A stretch of 32,719 nt of DNA, from contig JAAYAV010000389.1 in NCBI GenBank assembly GCA_012719195.1, positions 1 to 32,719 on the forward strand. Reading direction: 5' to 3'. Origin of the DNA: Anaerolineae bacterium (lineage in GTDB: Bacteria; Chloroflexota; Anaerolineae; DRVO01). The notes beneath the pieces are model-generated. The model had not been told where the DNA came from. It saw nothing but the letters and a program-made list of their open reading frames with translations, and ran no database searches. Shown piece by piece: positions 15,999-23,575 of this stretch; position 1 is the first letter of the stretch; each line of letters begins with the position of its first letter. The position numbers and the translations under genes were made by a program.

Positions 15999-16901
15999 AT
16001 GGCCGCATACCCTGGACTCGTGCTGGATCCCTACCGCCCCTGGGCCCACCCCGTTGGGCTCACTCCGAGTTCGCCCCTGTCAACCGCGGCATCGCTGTTC
16101 GCCGAGGCTTTGGCCGAGGACGGCGTCAGCCCCAATACGGTTGCGGCATTCGAGGCCGATCTTCGCCTCTTCGCTGAGGCGGTGGGCGGCGACCGGCCCA
16201 TTTCCGAGATCGATGAGGGTCATGTCGAGCGCTTCCGGGACTTCCTCGTCGGTGAACGCGGAGTTAGCTGTAGCCCGTCGTCCCTGCGCCGCCGCCTGAC
16301 GGCTGTACAGTCGCTCTTCCGGCACTTGCTGAGCGAAGGCCTGGTGCAAGCCAACCCGGTGACGTCCATCAACTGCGAGACGGCCACCGTCCGCCGGCAA
16401 CGCGGCGACCTGCTCGATGAGTCCGAGGCCGAGGCCCTGACCCGGGCTGCCCGGGCGGAGTCGGAGCGGGGTGACTGGCGGCCGCTCCTCTTGGTCGGCC
16501 TGCTGCTCGGAACGGGCATCTCTAAGGCGGAGTGCCTCGCCCTGCACGTCACCGACGTAGACCTCGAAGCCGGCACCATCACGGTGGGCAGCGGTGATCG
16601 GCAGCGCTCGCTACCGCTCAATCCCGAAGTCGTCGAGGCCTACCAGCGATACGTCGAATCCCATCGAGGCGAGGGCAAGCTTTTCGACTGCACCGGCCGC
16701 AACCTCGAGTACGTGCTGACGCGGCTGGGCCGCGCCGCGGAGGTGTCCCGCAACCCGTCATTCCGCGTGCTGCGGGCCACCGCGGCCGCTCGGCTGCAAC
16801 AGACGGGAGCCGGCAATGCCGAGGTCGCCGGCCGGCTGGGGATCAGCCGTCACACCTGGCCCGCGCTGCGTCGCCGGATCCGCCGGGCGACTAGCCAGTG
16901 A
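15999..16901 (+). CDS. Tyrosine recombinase (XerC/XerD/integrase) homologue with a degenerate active site
   Basis: N-terminal SAM-like core-binding domain (SPNTVAAFEADLRLFAE...RRRLTAVQSLFRHLLSEGL). The C-terminal fold aligns to XerD, but catalytic positions are substituted and there is no Tyr in the last ~60 residues. Confidence 0.7.
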   Translation: MAAYPGLVLDPYRPWAHPVGLTPSSPLSTAASLFAEALAEDGVSPNTVAAFEADLRLFAEAVGGDRPISEIDEGHVERFRDFLVGERGVSCSPSSLRRRLTAVQSLFRHLLSEGLVQANPVTSINCETATVRRQRGDLLDESEAEALTRAARAESERGDWRPLLLVGLLLGTGISKAECLALHVTDVDLEAGTITVGSGDRQRSLPLNPEVVEAYQRYVESHRGEGKLFDCTGRNLEYVLTRLGRAAEVSRNPSFRVLRATAAARLQQTGAGNAEVAGRLGISRHTWPALRRRIRRATSQ

Positions 16902-18207
16902 TGGGCAACATCACGCGGTAGACCGCCTGGTAGCGGAAGAGCTCGGCACCGATCTGGCCGTTCCATCCCCCTATCGCGTAGATGGTGGTGTCGTCCGACA
17001 CCACGGCCATGTTGCGCCACGCCCCTACCACCGGCATCTCCCACGGCTCCCAACGCTCCGCCCCCCAAGGAAGCCGCTCGCAGAAGGCGGTCGGAGCAGT
17101 CCAGCCGCCACCAACCACGTAGAGAGCATCACCCACGGCCGAGACCCCTAGCCCAGCACGGGCCTCTGTCAGCGAGGGAAGGTTTGCCCACTCGGCCGGC
17201 GCGTCCTGGTCCGTGGGAACCGCCAGTACCTCGTCGCGCACCTGGCGACCATCATAGCCGCCCACGATGTACAACCTTCCCTGAGACCAGGCCGCAGCTG
17301 GATGGAGCAGAGCCCGCGGTAGGGCCGTCAGGAGGCGCCAGGACTCGGCGCCCCGGTCAAGCGCGTAAACGGCGGATCGGTTCTGCCGCCCGTCCCAGCC
17401 GCCCGCTAGGTAGAGAGACTCGCCGTCGGTGGCTAATGCATAGGCGCAGAGAGGAACCGGCAGCGCCGGGCCATTCGACCAGGAGCCGGAGGCCGGATCG
17501 TACACTTCCACGGCGGCGATGACGTCGCCGTCCGCCGTCAACCCGCCAGGCACGTACACCCGCCCATCGACCGCGGCTGCGGCCACGTTGCTTACCGGAG
17601 TGGGCTTGTCGGCCCCCAACCGCCACGTGTTGGTGAGCGCATCGTAGATCTCCACCGAGCCGGTGATGCCCTGGGCCGTGTCTCCACCGGCCACAATGAT
17701 GTGGGCGTCAAGATAGGCAGCGGCGAAGCGATGCCTGGCGGTCGGCATCTGGGCCACCTCGGTCCAGCGCCCTACTTCCTCCTGCCCGCCTCCGGGTGAG
17801 CCCGCTCCTCCGACCTCCCGCAAAGGGTCCGGACCCGGAATCGCCCCCCGAGCCTCCGGATGGGCGGGCCAAGCCACCAGGCCGACCACCGCAGCCAAGG
17901 CCAGGACAAGCGACAGCTTCCGCCACCACGCCACCGGCTCCGGGCCCGGCGCGGGCTCAGTCTCCCGCCCCGAATCCACTCCTAGCGCGCCGTCTGCCGG
18001 CGCCCGGGACGGGACCAGCCCCATTTCAATGGCGACCAGGCTGGCTTCGGTGCGCGAACGCACCTCGAGCTTGCCGAAGACGTTGCGCAGGTGCACCTTG
18101 ACAGTGCTCTCAGTTATGTCGAGTTGCGCGCCGATCTCCTTGTTGCTCGCCCCGGTGGCGACCAACCGCAGGATCTCAACCTCGCGCTCGCTCAGCGCTT
18201 CGCGCAT
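16891..18207 (-). CDS. Membrane-anchored LuxR/GerE-type HTH regulator with an extracytoplasmic six-bladed Kelch beta-propeller
   Basis: HTH: LSEREVEILRLVATGASNKEIGAQLDITESTVKVHLRNVFGKLEV. Single TM: WWRKLSLVLALAAVVGLVAWP. Six Kelch-like blades are marked by AGGD, PGGL, AGGWDG, VGGYDG, VGGGW and IGGWNG. ATG 18207 is preferred over ATG 18270, which would overlap the DUF503 gene by 44 nt. Confidence 0.8.
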   Translation of the reverse strand: MREALSEREVEILRLVATGASNKEIGAQLDITESTVKVHLRNVFGKLEVRSRTEASLVAIEMGLVPSRAPADGALGVDSGRETEPAPGPEPVAWWRKLSLVLALAAVVGLVAWPAHPEARGAIPGPDPLREVGGAGSPGGGQEEVGRWTEVAQMPTARHRFAAAYLDAHIIVAGGDTAQGITGSVEIYDALTNTWRLGADKPTPVSNVAAAAVDGRVYVPGGLTADGDVIAAVEVYDPASGSWSNGPALPVPLCAYALATDGESLYLAGGWDGRQNRSAVYALDRGAESWRLLTALPRALLHPAAAWSQGRLYIVGGYDGRQVRDEVLAVPTDQDAPAEWANLPSLTEARAGLGVSAVGDALYVVGGGWTAPTAFCERLPWGAERWEPWEMPVVGAWRNMAVVSDDTTIYAIGGWNGQIGAELFRYQAVYRVMLPITG

Positions 18208-18226
18208 GCCCCTACCCGTGTCGTCA

Positions 18227-18517
18227 TTACCAGACTTCGACGCTCGTGGAGACGGCACCGATCTCAGCATCCATTCGTTCCGCCTCCAGCCAGGCGAGCA
18301 CGCTGCTGATCATCGATGCCGCGTGGCTCGACTCGTTGGAGACGCACACGATTCCTAGCCGGGCCGAGTACCACGAGTCCAGGCCCTCTACCTCCGCCAC
18401 CGCCACGTTGAACTTGGAGCGCAGTCGCTGCACCACAGAGCGCACCACCCGCCGCTTGTCCTTGATCGAGGACGCTTCCGCGATGAGCAACTCCACCTGG
18501 CAGACGCCGATCACCAT
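18227..18517 (-). CDS. DUF503 (YlxP-like) small protein
   Basis: 96 aa. MVIGVCQVELLIAEASSIKDKRRVVRSVVQRLRSKFNVAVAEV matches the DUF503 pattern. The ATG lies 1 nt after the rluD stop. Confidence 0.75.
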   Translation of the reverse strand: MVIGVCQVELLIAEASSIKDKRRVVRSVVQRLRSKFNVAVAEVEGLDSWYSARLGIVCVSNESSHAASMISSVLAWLEAERMDAEIGAVSTSVEVW

Positions 18518-18518
18518 C

Positions 18519-19427
18519 TCACGCCCTCGACCGGCCGCGCAGTTGGTCCAGGACAGCCTGCAGATCCTCTGGCAGCGTAGACTCCAACTCGACCTTCTCC
18601 CCGGTCCCCGGGTCCAGAAAACGTATCAGCTGGGCGTGGAGGAACTGGCGGCTCAGTCCCAGATCCCGCGGGCCCCGGCCGTAGACTGGATCGCCCGCGA
18701 CGGGGTGGCCAACAGCGGCGAAGTGCACGCGTATCTGGTGCGTGCGGCCCGTCAGCGGGTGCGCGTGAACGAGGCTATAGTCGCTGAAGATTTCGAGCGT
18801 GCTGTACTGCGTGCGCGCCGGGCGACCACCCTGCCGCAAGACTGCCTGCCGAGCCCGGTACTTGGGGTGCCTCCCCAGCGCCGCAGTAATCACGCCCGCG
18901 CCCGGTGTCGGCTCACCCACCACCAACGCCTGGTAGGTTTTCCAGACGTCATGGCGGCGGAACTGGTCCTGCATGGCCGACAAGCCCTCTTGCGTGCGAC
19001 CGAACACCACCAGCCCGGACGTGTCTCGGTCGAGCCGATGCACCACGCCCCGTCGTTCCGGGGGACCGACCGCAGCGATCTCGGGGTAGTGGTACAGAAT
19101 GGCGTTCACCATCGTACCGCTTCGGTCGTGAGACGTGGGATGGGTCAGTACTCCGGCGGGCTTGTCAACCACCACCACTGCGTCGCTCTCATAGACCACC
19201 GCTAGCGCCAGCGCCTCGGCGCGAATGTCGGTGTCGGCGGCGGGCGGCACATCTACCAGTACCTCGTCACCAACCTTCAGCGGCAGTGACGGCTTGGCAG
19301 GCCGACCGTTGACTTGAACCTGCCCGTCCTCGATGAGGCGACGCGCCTGGGTGCGAGAGTAGTGCTCGAGGTGCCCTGCCAGGAACTGGTCAAGCCGGCC
19401 CCCGTCTTCGGACACGACGAAGCGCAC
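18519..19427 (-). CDS. rluD: RluD-type 23S rRNA pseudouridine synthase (S4 domain plus RluA-family catalytic domain)
   Basis: S4 domain (RLDQFLAGHL...RRLIEDGQVQVNGRPAKPS) and catalytic HRLDRDTSGLVVF. GTG at 19427 with GGGAGGG upstream is preferred, because the track start at 19532 would overlap lspA. Confidence 0.85.
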   Translation of the reverse strand: MRFVVSEDGGRLDQFLAGHLEHYSRTQARRLIEDGQVQVNGRPAKPSLPLKVGDEVLVDVPPAADTDIRAEALALAVVYESDAVVVVDKPAGVLTHPTSHDRSGTMVNAILYHYPEIAAVGPPERRGVVHRLDRDTSGLVVFGRTQEGLSAMQDQFRRHDVWKTYQALVVGEPTPGAGVITAALGRHPKYRARQAVLRQGGRPARTQYSTLEIFSDYSLVHAHPLTGRTHQIRVHFAAVGHPVAGDPVYGRGPRDLGLSRQFLHAQLIRFLDPGTGEKVELESTLPEDLQAVLDQLRGRSRA

Positions 19428-19443
19428 CGACCCTCCCGCCCAA

Positions 19444-19965
19444 TCAGGCACAGGCTGAGCTGTCCGGCCCCACGGCCTCGGCCTTGCCGCTCTCCGGGAC
19501 TCCCGAGTCGTCCGCGAGTAGATAGGCAGCAAGTATCACCACTCCCACCGAAACGGATGCGTCGGCGATGTTGAAGATGGGCCAGAAGTGCAGGTGAAGG
19601 AAGTCCACTACGTAGCCGGTTGTCACCCGGTCGATGAGATTGCCGATGGCGCCGCCCTGTATCATGCCGATGGATAAACGCACCAAGAAGTGCTGTACCG
19701 GGAGGCGATCGAACCAGATGACGAGGCCGATGACAACGAAGACCTTGACGATGGCGAACAGCGTGCCGGCCTGCGGAAAGAGACCGAATGCCGCCCCGCT
19801 GTTGTGAATGTGGGTCAGGGTGAAGATGTTCTCGAGCCCGGGGATCACCGTTACCGGCACCTGGTACGGCAGCGTGCCGGCGGCCCAGATCTTGGTGACC
19901 CGGTCCAGGATCAGCACAGCAATGAACGCTAGGACGGTGGATAGGGGAAGCAGGGGCTTGCGCAT
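19444..19965 (-). CDS. lspA: Lipoprotein signal peptidase II
   Basis: LILDRVTKIW, NSGAAFGLF, GGAIGNLIDR and FNIADASVSVGVVIL motifs. ATG at 19965 gives a typical N-terminus. An alternative upstream start at 20061 adds an R-rich extension. Confidence 0.9.
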   Translation of the reverse strand: MRKPLLPLSTVLAFIAVLILDRVTKIWAAGTLPYQVPVTVIPGLENIFTLTHIHNSGAAFGLFPQAGTLFAIVKVFVVIGLVIWFDRLPVQHFLVRLSIGMIQGGAIGNLIDRVTTGYVVDFLHLHFWPIFNIADASVSVGVVILAAYLLADDSGVPESGKAEAVGPDSSACA

Positions 19966-20078
19966 GAGAGTAGAGCCAACTCCCGCAGTGCTCAATGACT
20001 TCGGTGCTACCGGCCATTGTAAGCGGCGGCGCGAGCGAGGGGCAAGGCTGCCCCCCGCCACGCCGGCTGAACCAGGCG

Positions 20079-23000
20079 CTACACCCGCTCTATCCAGAGC
20101 GCCAAGCCACCATCCTCCAGTTCGAACTCCTCACGATGGGCGCCGAGGGACCCGGCACCGCGCGCCAAGCTGTCGCTCAACGTCTCCTGGGCTATGTAAT
20201 CGCCGAAGCGATCGAAGACAGGCTGCAGCGCCTCGCCACCCTCGTAGCCGGTGACGATGTGGTCCTCGATGCGGAATCCCGCCTCCTTGCGCATGTTCTG
20301 CACCCGGCGGACGATCTCCCGCGCCAGACCTTCCAGGCGCAGATCCTCCGTCACCTCAGTGTCGATGGCGACAGTGTAGCCGGCCTCAGACGCCAGGGAG
20401 AGCCCAGGCGCCGCCTCGAGCTGCACTTCTACCTCATCGGCGAGGAGCTCGATCCGCTCGCCCTGCACCTCAACTGCCAGCGGCTGTCCCTGCCGCAGGC
20501 CCTCCGCCAACGCCGGGTCGGACAGGCCCTCCAGCGCCTGGCGGATGCCGGGCAGCAGCCGCCCGTACTTGGGCCCCACCTTGGCGGGCAAGGCACTGAA
20601 CCGGAACCGGCCCAACTCTGCCGCGGGCGCAACTGTCACCGCCTTGACGTTCATCTCCTCCGCGACGACACCGGCTAAGCGCTGCAGACCGACGGCCTCC
20701 TCGGGACTGCGCAAGGCCACCAGGGCGCGGCCCAGTGGCTGGCGCAGCTTGATGTTGACGGCGTTGCGGGCCGCGTGCCCGAGGCTCACCACACGCATTG
20801 CCAGCGCCATCTCGCGCTGCAGCTTCTCGTCCACCAGAGACGAGTCAGCCGCCGGAAAGTCGCACAAGTGCACGCTCTCCGGTGCCGAAGCGTCCCGTCC
20901 GAAGACGAGGTTGCGGTAGATCTCGTCGGCGATGAACGGCGTGAACGGTGCCATCAGCTTGACCACCGTGACCAGGCACTCGTGTAGGGTCAGATAGGCA
21001 GCCGTCTTGTCGGAGTCGGCCTCGCTCTTCCAGAAGCGTCGTCGGCTGCGGCGCACGTACCAGTTGCTGAGATTGCCCACGAAGCGCTCGATCGGTCGAG
21101 CCGCACCAGGTATGTCGTAGTCGGACAGGGCCCGATCGACGGTGTCGATGAGGGTGTGCAGCTCGGAAAGGACCCAGCGGTCCATCTCCGGCCTCTCGCC
21201 CACAGGGACCCACTGCGCTGCCGGGTCAAAGCCGTCGATGTTGGCATAGGTGACGAAGAAGGCGTACGTGTTCCAGAGCGTAAGCAGGAACTCCCGCACC
21301 ACCGCCCCCACCAAGTCAACCGACAGGCGTCGCGCATTCCCGGGAGGAGCGGCGGTGTACATGTACCAGCGCAGCGCGTCCGCCCCGTGTAGCTTCACCA
21401 CGTCCTGCCAGGGGACCACATTGCCCCTGGACTTGCTCATCTTCAGGCCCTTGTCGTCCAGGATGTGCCCGGTGGAGATTACGTTCCGGAAGCACTCGTG
21501 CTGGAAGAGCATGGTGGAGATGGCGTGCAAGCTGTAGAACCAGCCGCGTGTCTGGTCCACTGCCTCACAGATATAGTCGGCCGGGAACTGCTCGGCGAAC
21601 TTCTCCTGGTTCTCGAACGGGTAGTGCCATTGGGCCACCGGCATTGACCCGGAGTCGAACCAGCAGTCGATCACCTCCGGCACGCGCTTCATCGTCCCAC
21701 CGCAGGCACAGCGGTAGGTGACGTCGTCCACGAAGGGCCGGTGCAAGTCGACGGCGTCGGGAAACACCTCCGCGAACGTGCTCTCCGGCTTAGCGCGCAA
21801 CTCCGCGACGGAGCCGATGCACTCCATCTCGTCACAGGAGTCGCAGCGCCAAATGGGCAGGGGCGTGCCCCAGTAGCGGTCGCGGCTCAGCGCCCAGTCG
21901 ACGTTGTTCTCTAGCCAGTTGCCGAAACGCCCCTCGCGCACGTGCTCGGGAACCCACTTGATGCGCCGGTTGAGCGCCACCAGTTGGTCACGGTACTCGG
22001 TTGTGCGGACGAACCACGACGAGCGAGCGTAGTACAGGAGCGGGCGATCGCAGCGCCAGCAGAACGGGTAGACGTGCCGCAGCCGTCCCTCGCGGAAGAG
22101 CAGCCCCCGTTGGCGAAGGTCCCGCAGAATGTGGGGGTCGGCGTCCTTGACGAACATGCCCTTCCAGGGCGTGACGGCGTCGATGAACTCACCATCAGCG
22201 TCGACCGTCTGCAGGACAGGCAGGCCGTGCTTCTGCCCCACAACCATGTCCTCGGCGCCGAAGGCCGGAGCCATGTGCACGATGCCGGAGCCGTCGTCGG
22301 TGCTGACGAAGTCGGCCGCGACCACGTAGTGCGCCTTGCCCTCGAGGGGCAGGAAGGAGTAAAGCGGCTCGTAGGACAGCCCCACGAGGTCCTTCCCTTT
22401 GACGCGCTTCAGCACTCGGTGTTCGCCGAGCAGCCCTTCTGCCAGGTTGGCGGCCACGTACAACCGCTCGGCCGGGTCGCCCGCCTCGGCGAGGATGTAG
22501 TCCACCTCGGGATGCACCGCCAACGCGACGTTGCCGGGCAGCGTCCACGGTGTGGTTGTCCACACTAGGAACGCCTCGCCGTCGCCGTCGCGGAGCCGGA
22601 ACCGGACGAATACCGAGGGGTCCTCCGTCTCGGCATATCCCTGCGCCACCTCGTGATCCGAAAGGGGCGTGCCGCAGCGGGCGCAGTAGGGAACCACCTT
22701 GAACCCCTGGTAGAGCAGCCCCTGGTCCCAGAATCGGCGCAGGATCCACCAGACCGACTCGATGTAGTCGTTCTCCATGGTGACATAGGGGTCATCCATG
22801 TCCATCCAGACGCCGATGCGGTCGGTCATCTCCTCCCACTGGCGCACATAGCGGAACACGCTTTCCCGGCAACGCTCGTTGAAGGCGGCGACGCCGTAGG
22901 CCTCGATCTGCTGCTTGCCGCTGAAGCCGAGCTGCTTCTCCACCTCCAGCTCGACCGGGAGGCCGTGAGTGTCCCACCCACCCTTGCGAAGCACATAGCG

Positions 23001-23231
23001 GCCCTTCATGTTCTGGTACCGCGGGAACAGGTCCTTGAACACGCGAGCGATGACGTGGTGGGTACCGGGAAGGCCGTTGGCCGTGGGCGGGCCCTCATAG
23101 AAGACCCAGGGCTTCCCGTCGGGGCGGATGCTGCGCTCGAAGACCTTGCCCTCCTGCCAGAACTTGAGGACGCTTTCCTCCATCGCCGGTAAGTCCGCCC
23201 GTCCGCTCACCTCAGTGAATAGACCGCCCAT
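20079..23231 (-). CDS. ileS: Isoleucyl-tRNA synthetase (type 2-like)
   Basis: HIGH-type motif PTANGLPGTHHV, KMSKS motif, CP1 editing domain and ~1050 aa. ATG at 23231 with GGAGG 6 nt upstream is preferred over the track's TTG at 23237. Confidence 0.95.
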   Translation of the reverse strand: MGGLFTEVSGRADLPAMEESVLKFWQEGKVFERSIRPDGKPWVFYEGPPTANGLPGTHHVIARVFKDLFPRYQNMKGRYVLRKGGWDTHGLPVELEVEKQLGFSGKQQIEAYGVAAFNERCRESVFRYVRQWEEMTDRIGVWMDMDDPYVTMENDYIESVWWILRRFWDQGLLYQGFKVVPYCARCGTPLSDHEVAQGYAETEDPSVFVRFRLRDGDGEAFLVWTTTPWTLPGNVALAVHPEVDYILAEAGDPAERLYVAANLAEGLLGEHRVLKRVKGKDLVGLSYEPLYSFLPLEGKAHYVVAADFVSTDDGSGIVHMAPAFGAEDMVVGQKHGLPVLQTVDADGEFIDAVTPWKGMFVKDADPHILRDLRQRGLLFREGRLRHVYPFCWRCDRPLLYYARSSWFVRTTEYRDQLVALNRRIKWVPEHVREGRFGNWLENNVDWALSRDRYWGTPLPIWRCDSCDEMECIGSVAELRAKPESTFAEVFPDAVDLHRPFVDDVTYRCACGGTMKRVPEVIDCWFDSGSMPVAQWHYPFENQEKFAEQFPADYICEAVDQTRGWFYSLHAISTMLFQHECFRNVISTGHILDDKGLKMSKSRGNVVPWQDVVKLHGADALRWYMYTAAPPGNARRLSVDLVGAVVREFLLTLWNTYAFFVTYANIDGFDPAAQWVPVGERPEMDRWVLSELHTLIDTVDRALSDYDIPGAARPIERFVGNLSNWYVRRSRRRFWKSEADSDKTAAYLTLHECLVTVVKLMAPFTPFIADEIYRNLVFGRDASAPESVHLCDFPAADSSLVDEKLQREMALAMRVVSLGHAARNAVNIKLRQPLGRALVALRSPEEAVGLQRLAGVVAEEMNVKAVTVAPAAELGRFRFSALPAKVGPKYGRLLPGIRQALEGLSDPALAEGLRQGQPLAVEVQGERIELLADEVEVQLEAAPGLSLASEAGYTVAIDTEVTEDLRLEGLAREIVRRVQNMRKEAGFRIEDHIVTGYEGGEALQPVFDRFGDYIAQETLSDSLARGAGSLGAHREEFELEDGGLALWIERV

Positions 23232-23540
23232 AGCCAACCTCCTGCCCCGTCTGAAGACAGCAAAAGGCCCTCGTCCCCAGGGACGAGGGCCTGCGAGTTC
23301 TACAACACCCCCGCGGTACCACCCTGCTTAGCAGTGACCGCTCTCTCACGGCTACGTGTTCATAGCCGTACCGCTGTAACGGGCAGTAACCCGGCCAAGC
23401 CTACTAGACGTCTTTCGGTTGGCGGCTCAGGAATGATCTTCGACGGCCTTCGCGCACCCGCATTGCACCTGCCGCGGGCTCTCTGGGCGACTCCGACCGT
23501 CTACTCGTTTCCGTCCCAGCCTGTACTCTATAGAGATCGA
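23232..23540 (-). promoter_or_regulatory. T-box riboswitch leader, isoleucine (AUC) specifier, controlling ileS
   Basis: Minus strand carries the conserved T-box AGCAGGGUGGUACCGCGG (23330-23311). Stem I elements are present: GAGUAG K-turn-like, CCAGAGAGCC AG-bay, and distal GGUGCAA loop. The specifier-loop context is GAAG-AUC-A, with AUC at 23437-23435. A terminator/antiterminator pair follows. Confidence 0.85.
23254..23291 (-). terminator. Intrinsic terminator of the ileS T-box leader
   Basis: Minus strand reads GGCCCUCGUCC-CUGG-GGACGAGGGCC (11-bp stem, 23291-23266) followed by UUUUGCUGUCUU. The 5' arm can alternatively pair with the T-box sequence to form the antiterminator. Confidence 0.8.
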
Positions 23541-23545
23541 GAGTA

Positions 23546-23574
23546 ATGATACCGGTTCGGTGCCTCTCAGGCAA
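23546..23574 (-). promoter_or_regulatory. Promoter candidate TTGCCT-N17-TATCAT for the T-box/ileS transcript
   Basis: On the minus strand, TTGCCT (23574-23569) begins 1 nt after the upstream aminotransferase stop codon. TATCAT is at 23551-23546. Confidence 0.55.
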
Positions 23575-23575
23575 C

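Noticed and set aside
15999-16901. Integrase as a marker of a prophage or integrated mobile element
   Set aside because: I saw no flanking tRNA gene, direct repeats, or phage/transposon genes. Its neighbours are hyp and housekeeping genes, and the protein lacks the catalytic Tyr. It is treated as a degenerate recombinase-like protein, not a mobile element.
23526-23535. 10-bp perfect palindrome CTCTATAGAG near the predicted T-box transcription start
   Set aside because: It is short and AT-rich, and it may simply overlap an alternative -10 (TATAGA). There is no partner site or other evidence for a protein-binding role.
23334-23546. 70-aa + strand ORF in the ileS upstream region
   Set aside because: The region is fully explained on the opposite strand by the T-box leader RNA (conserved T-box, specifier loop, terminator).
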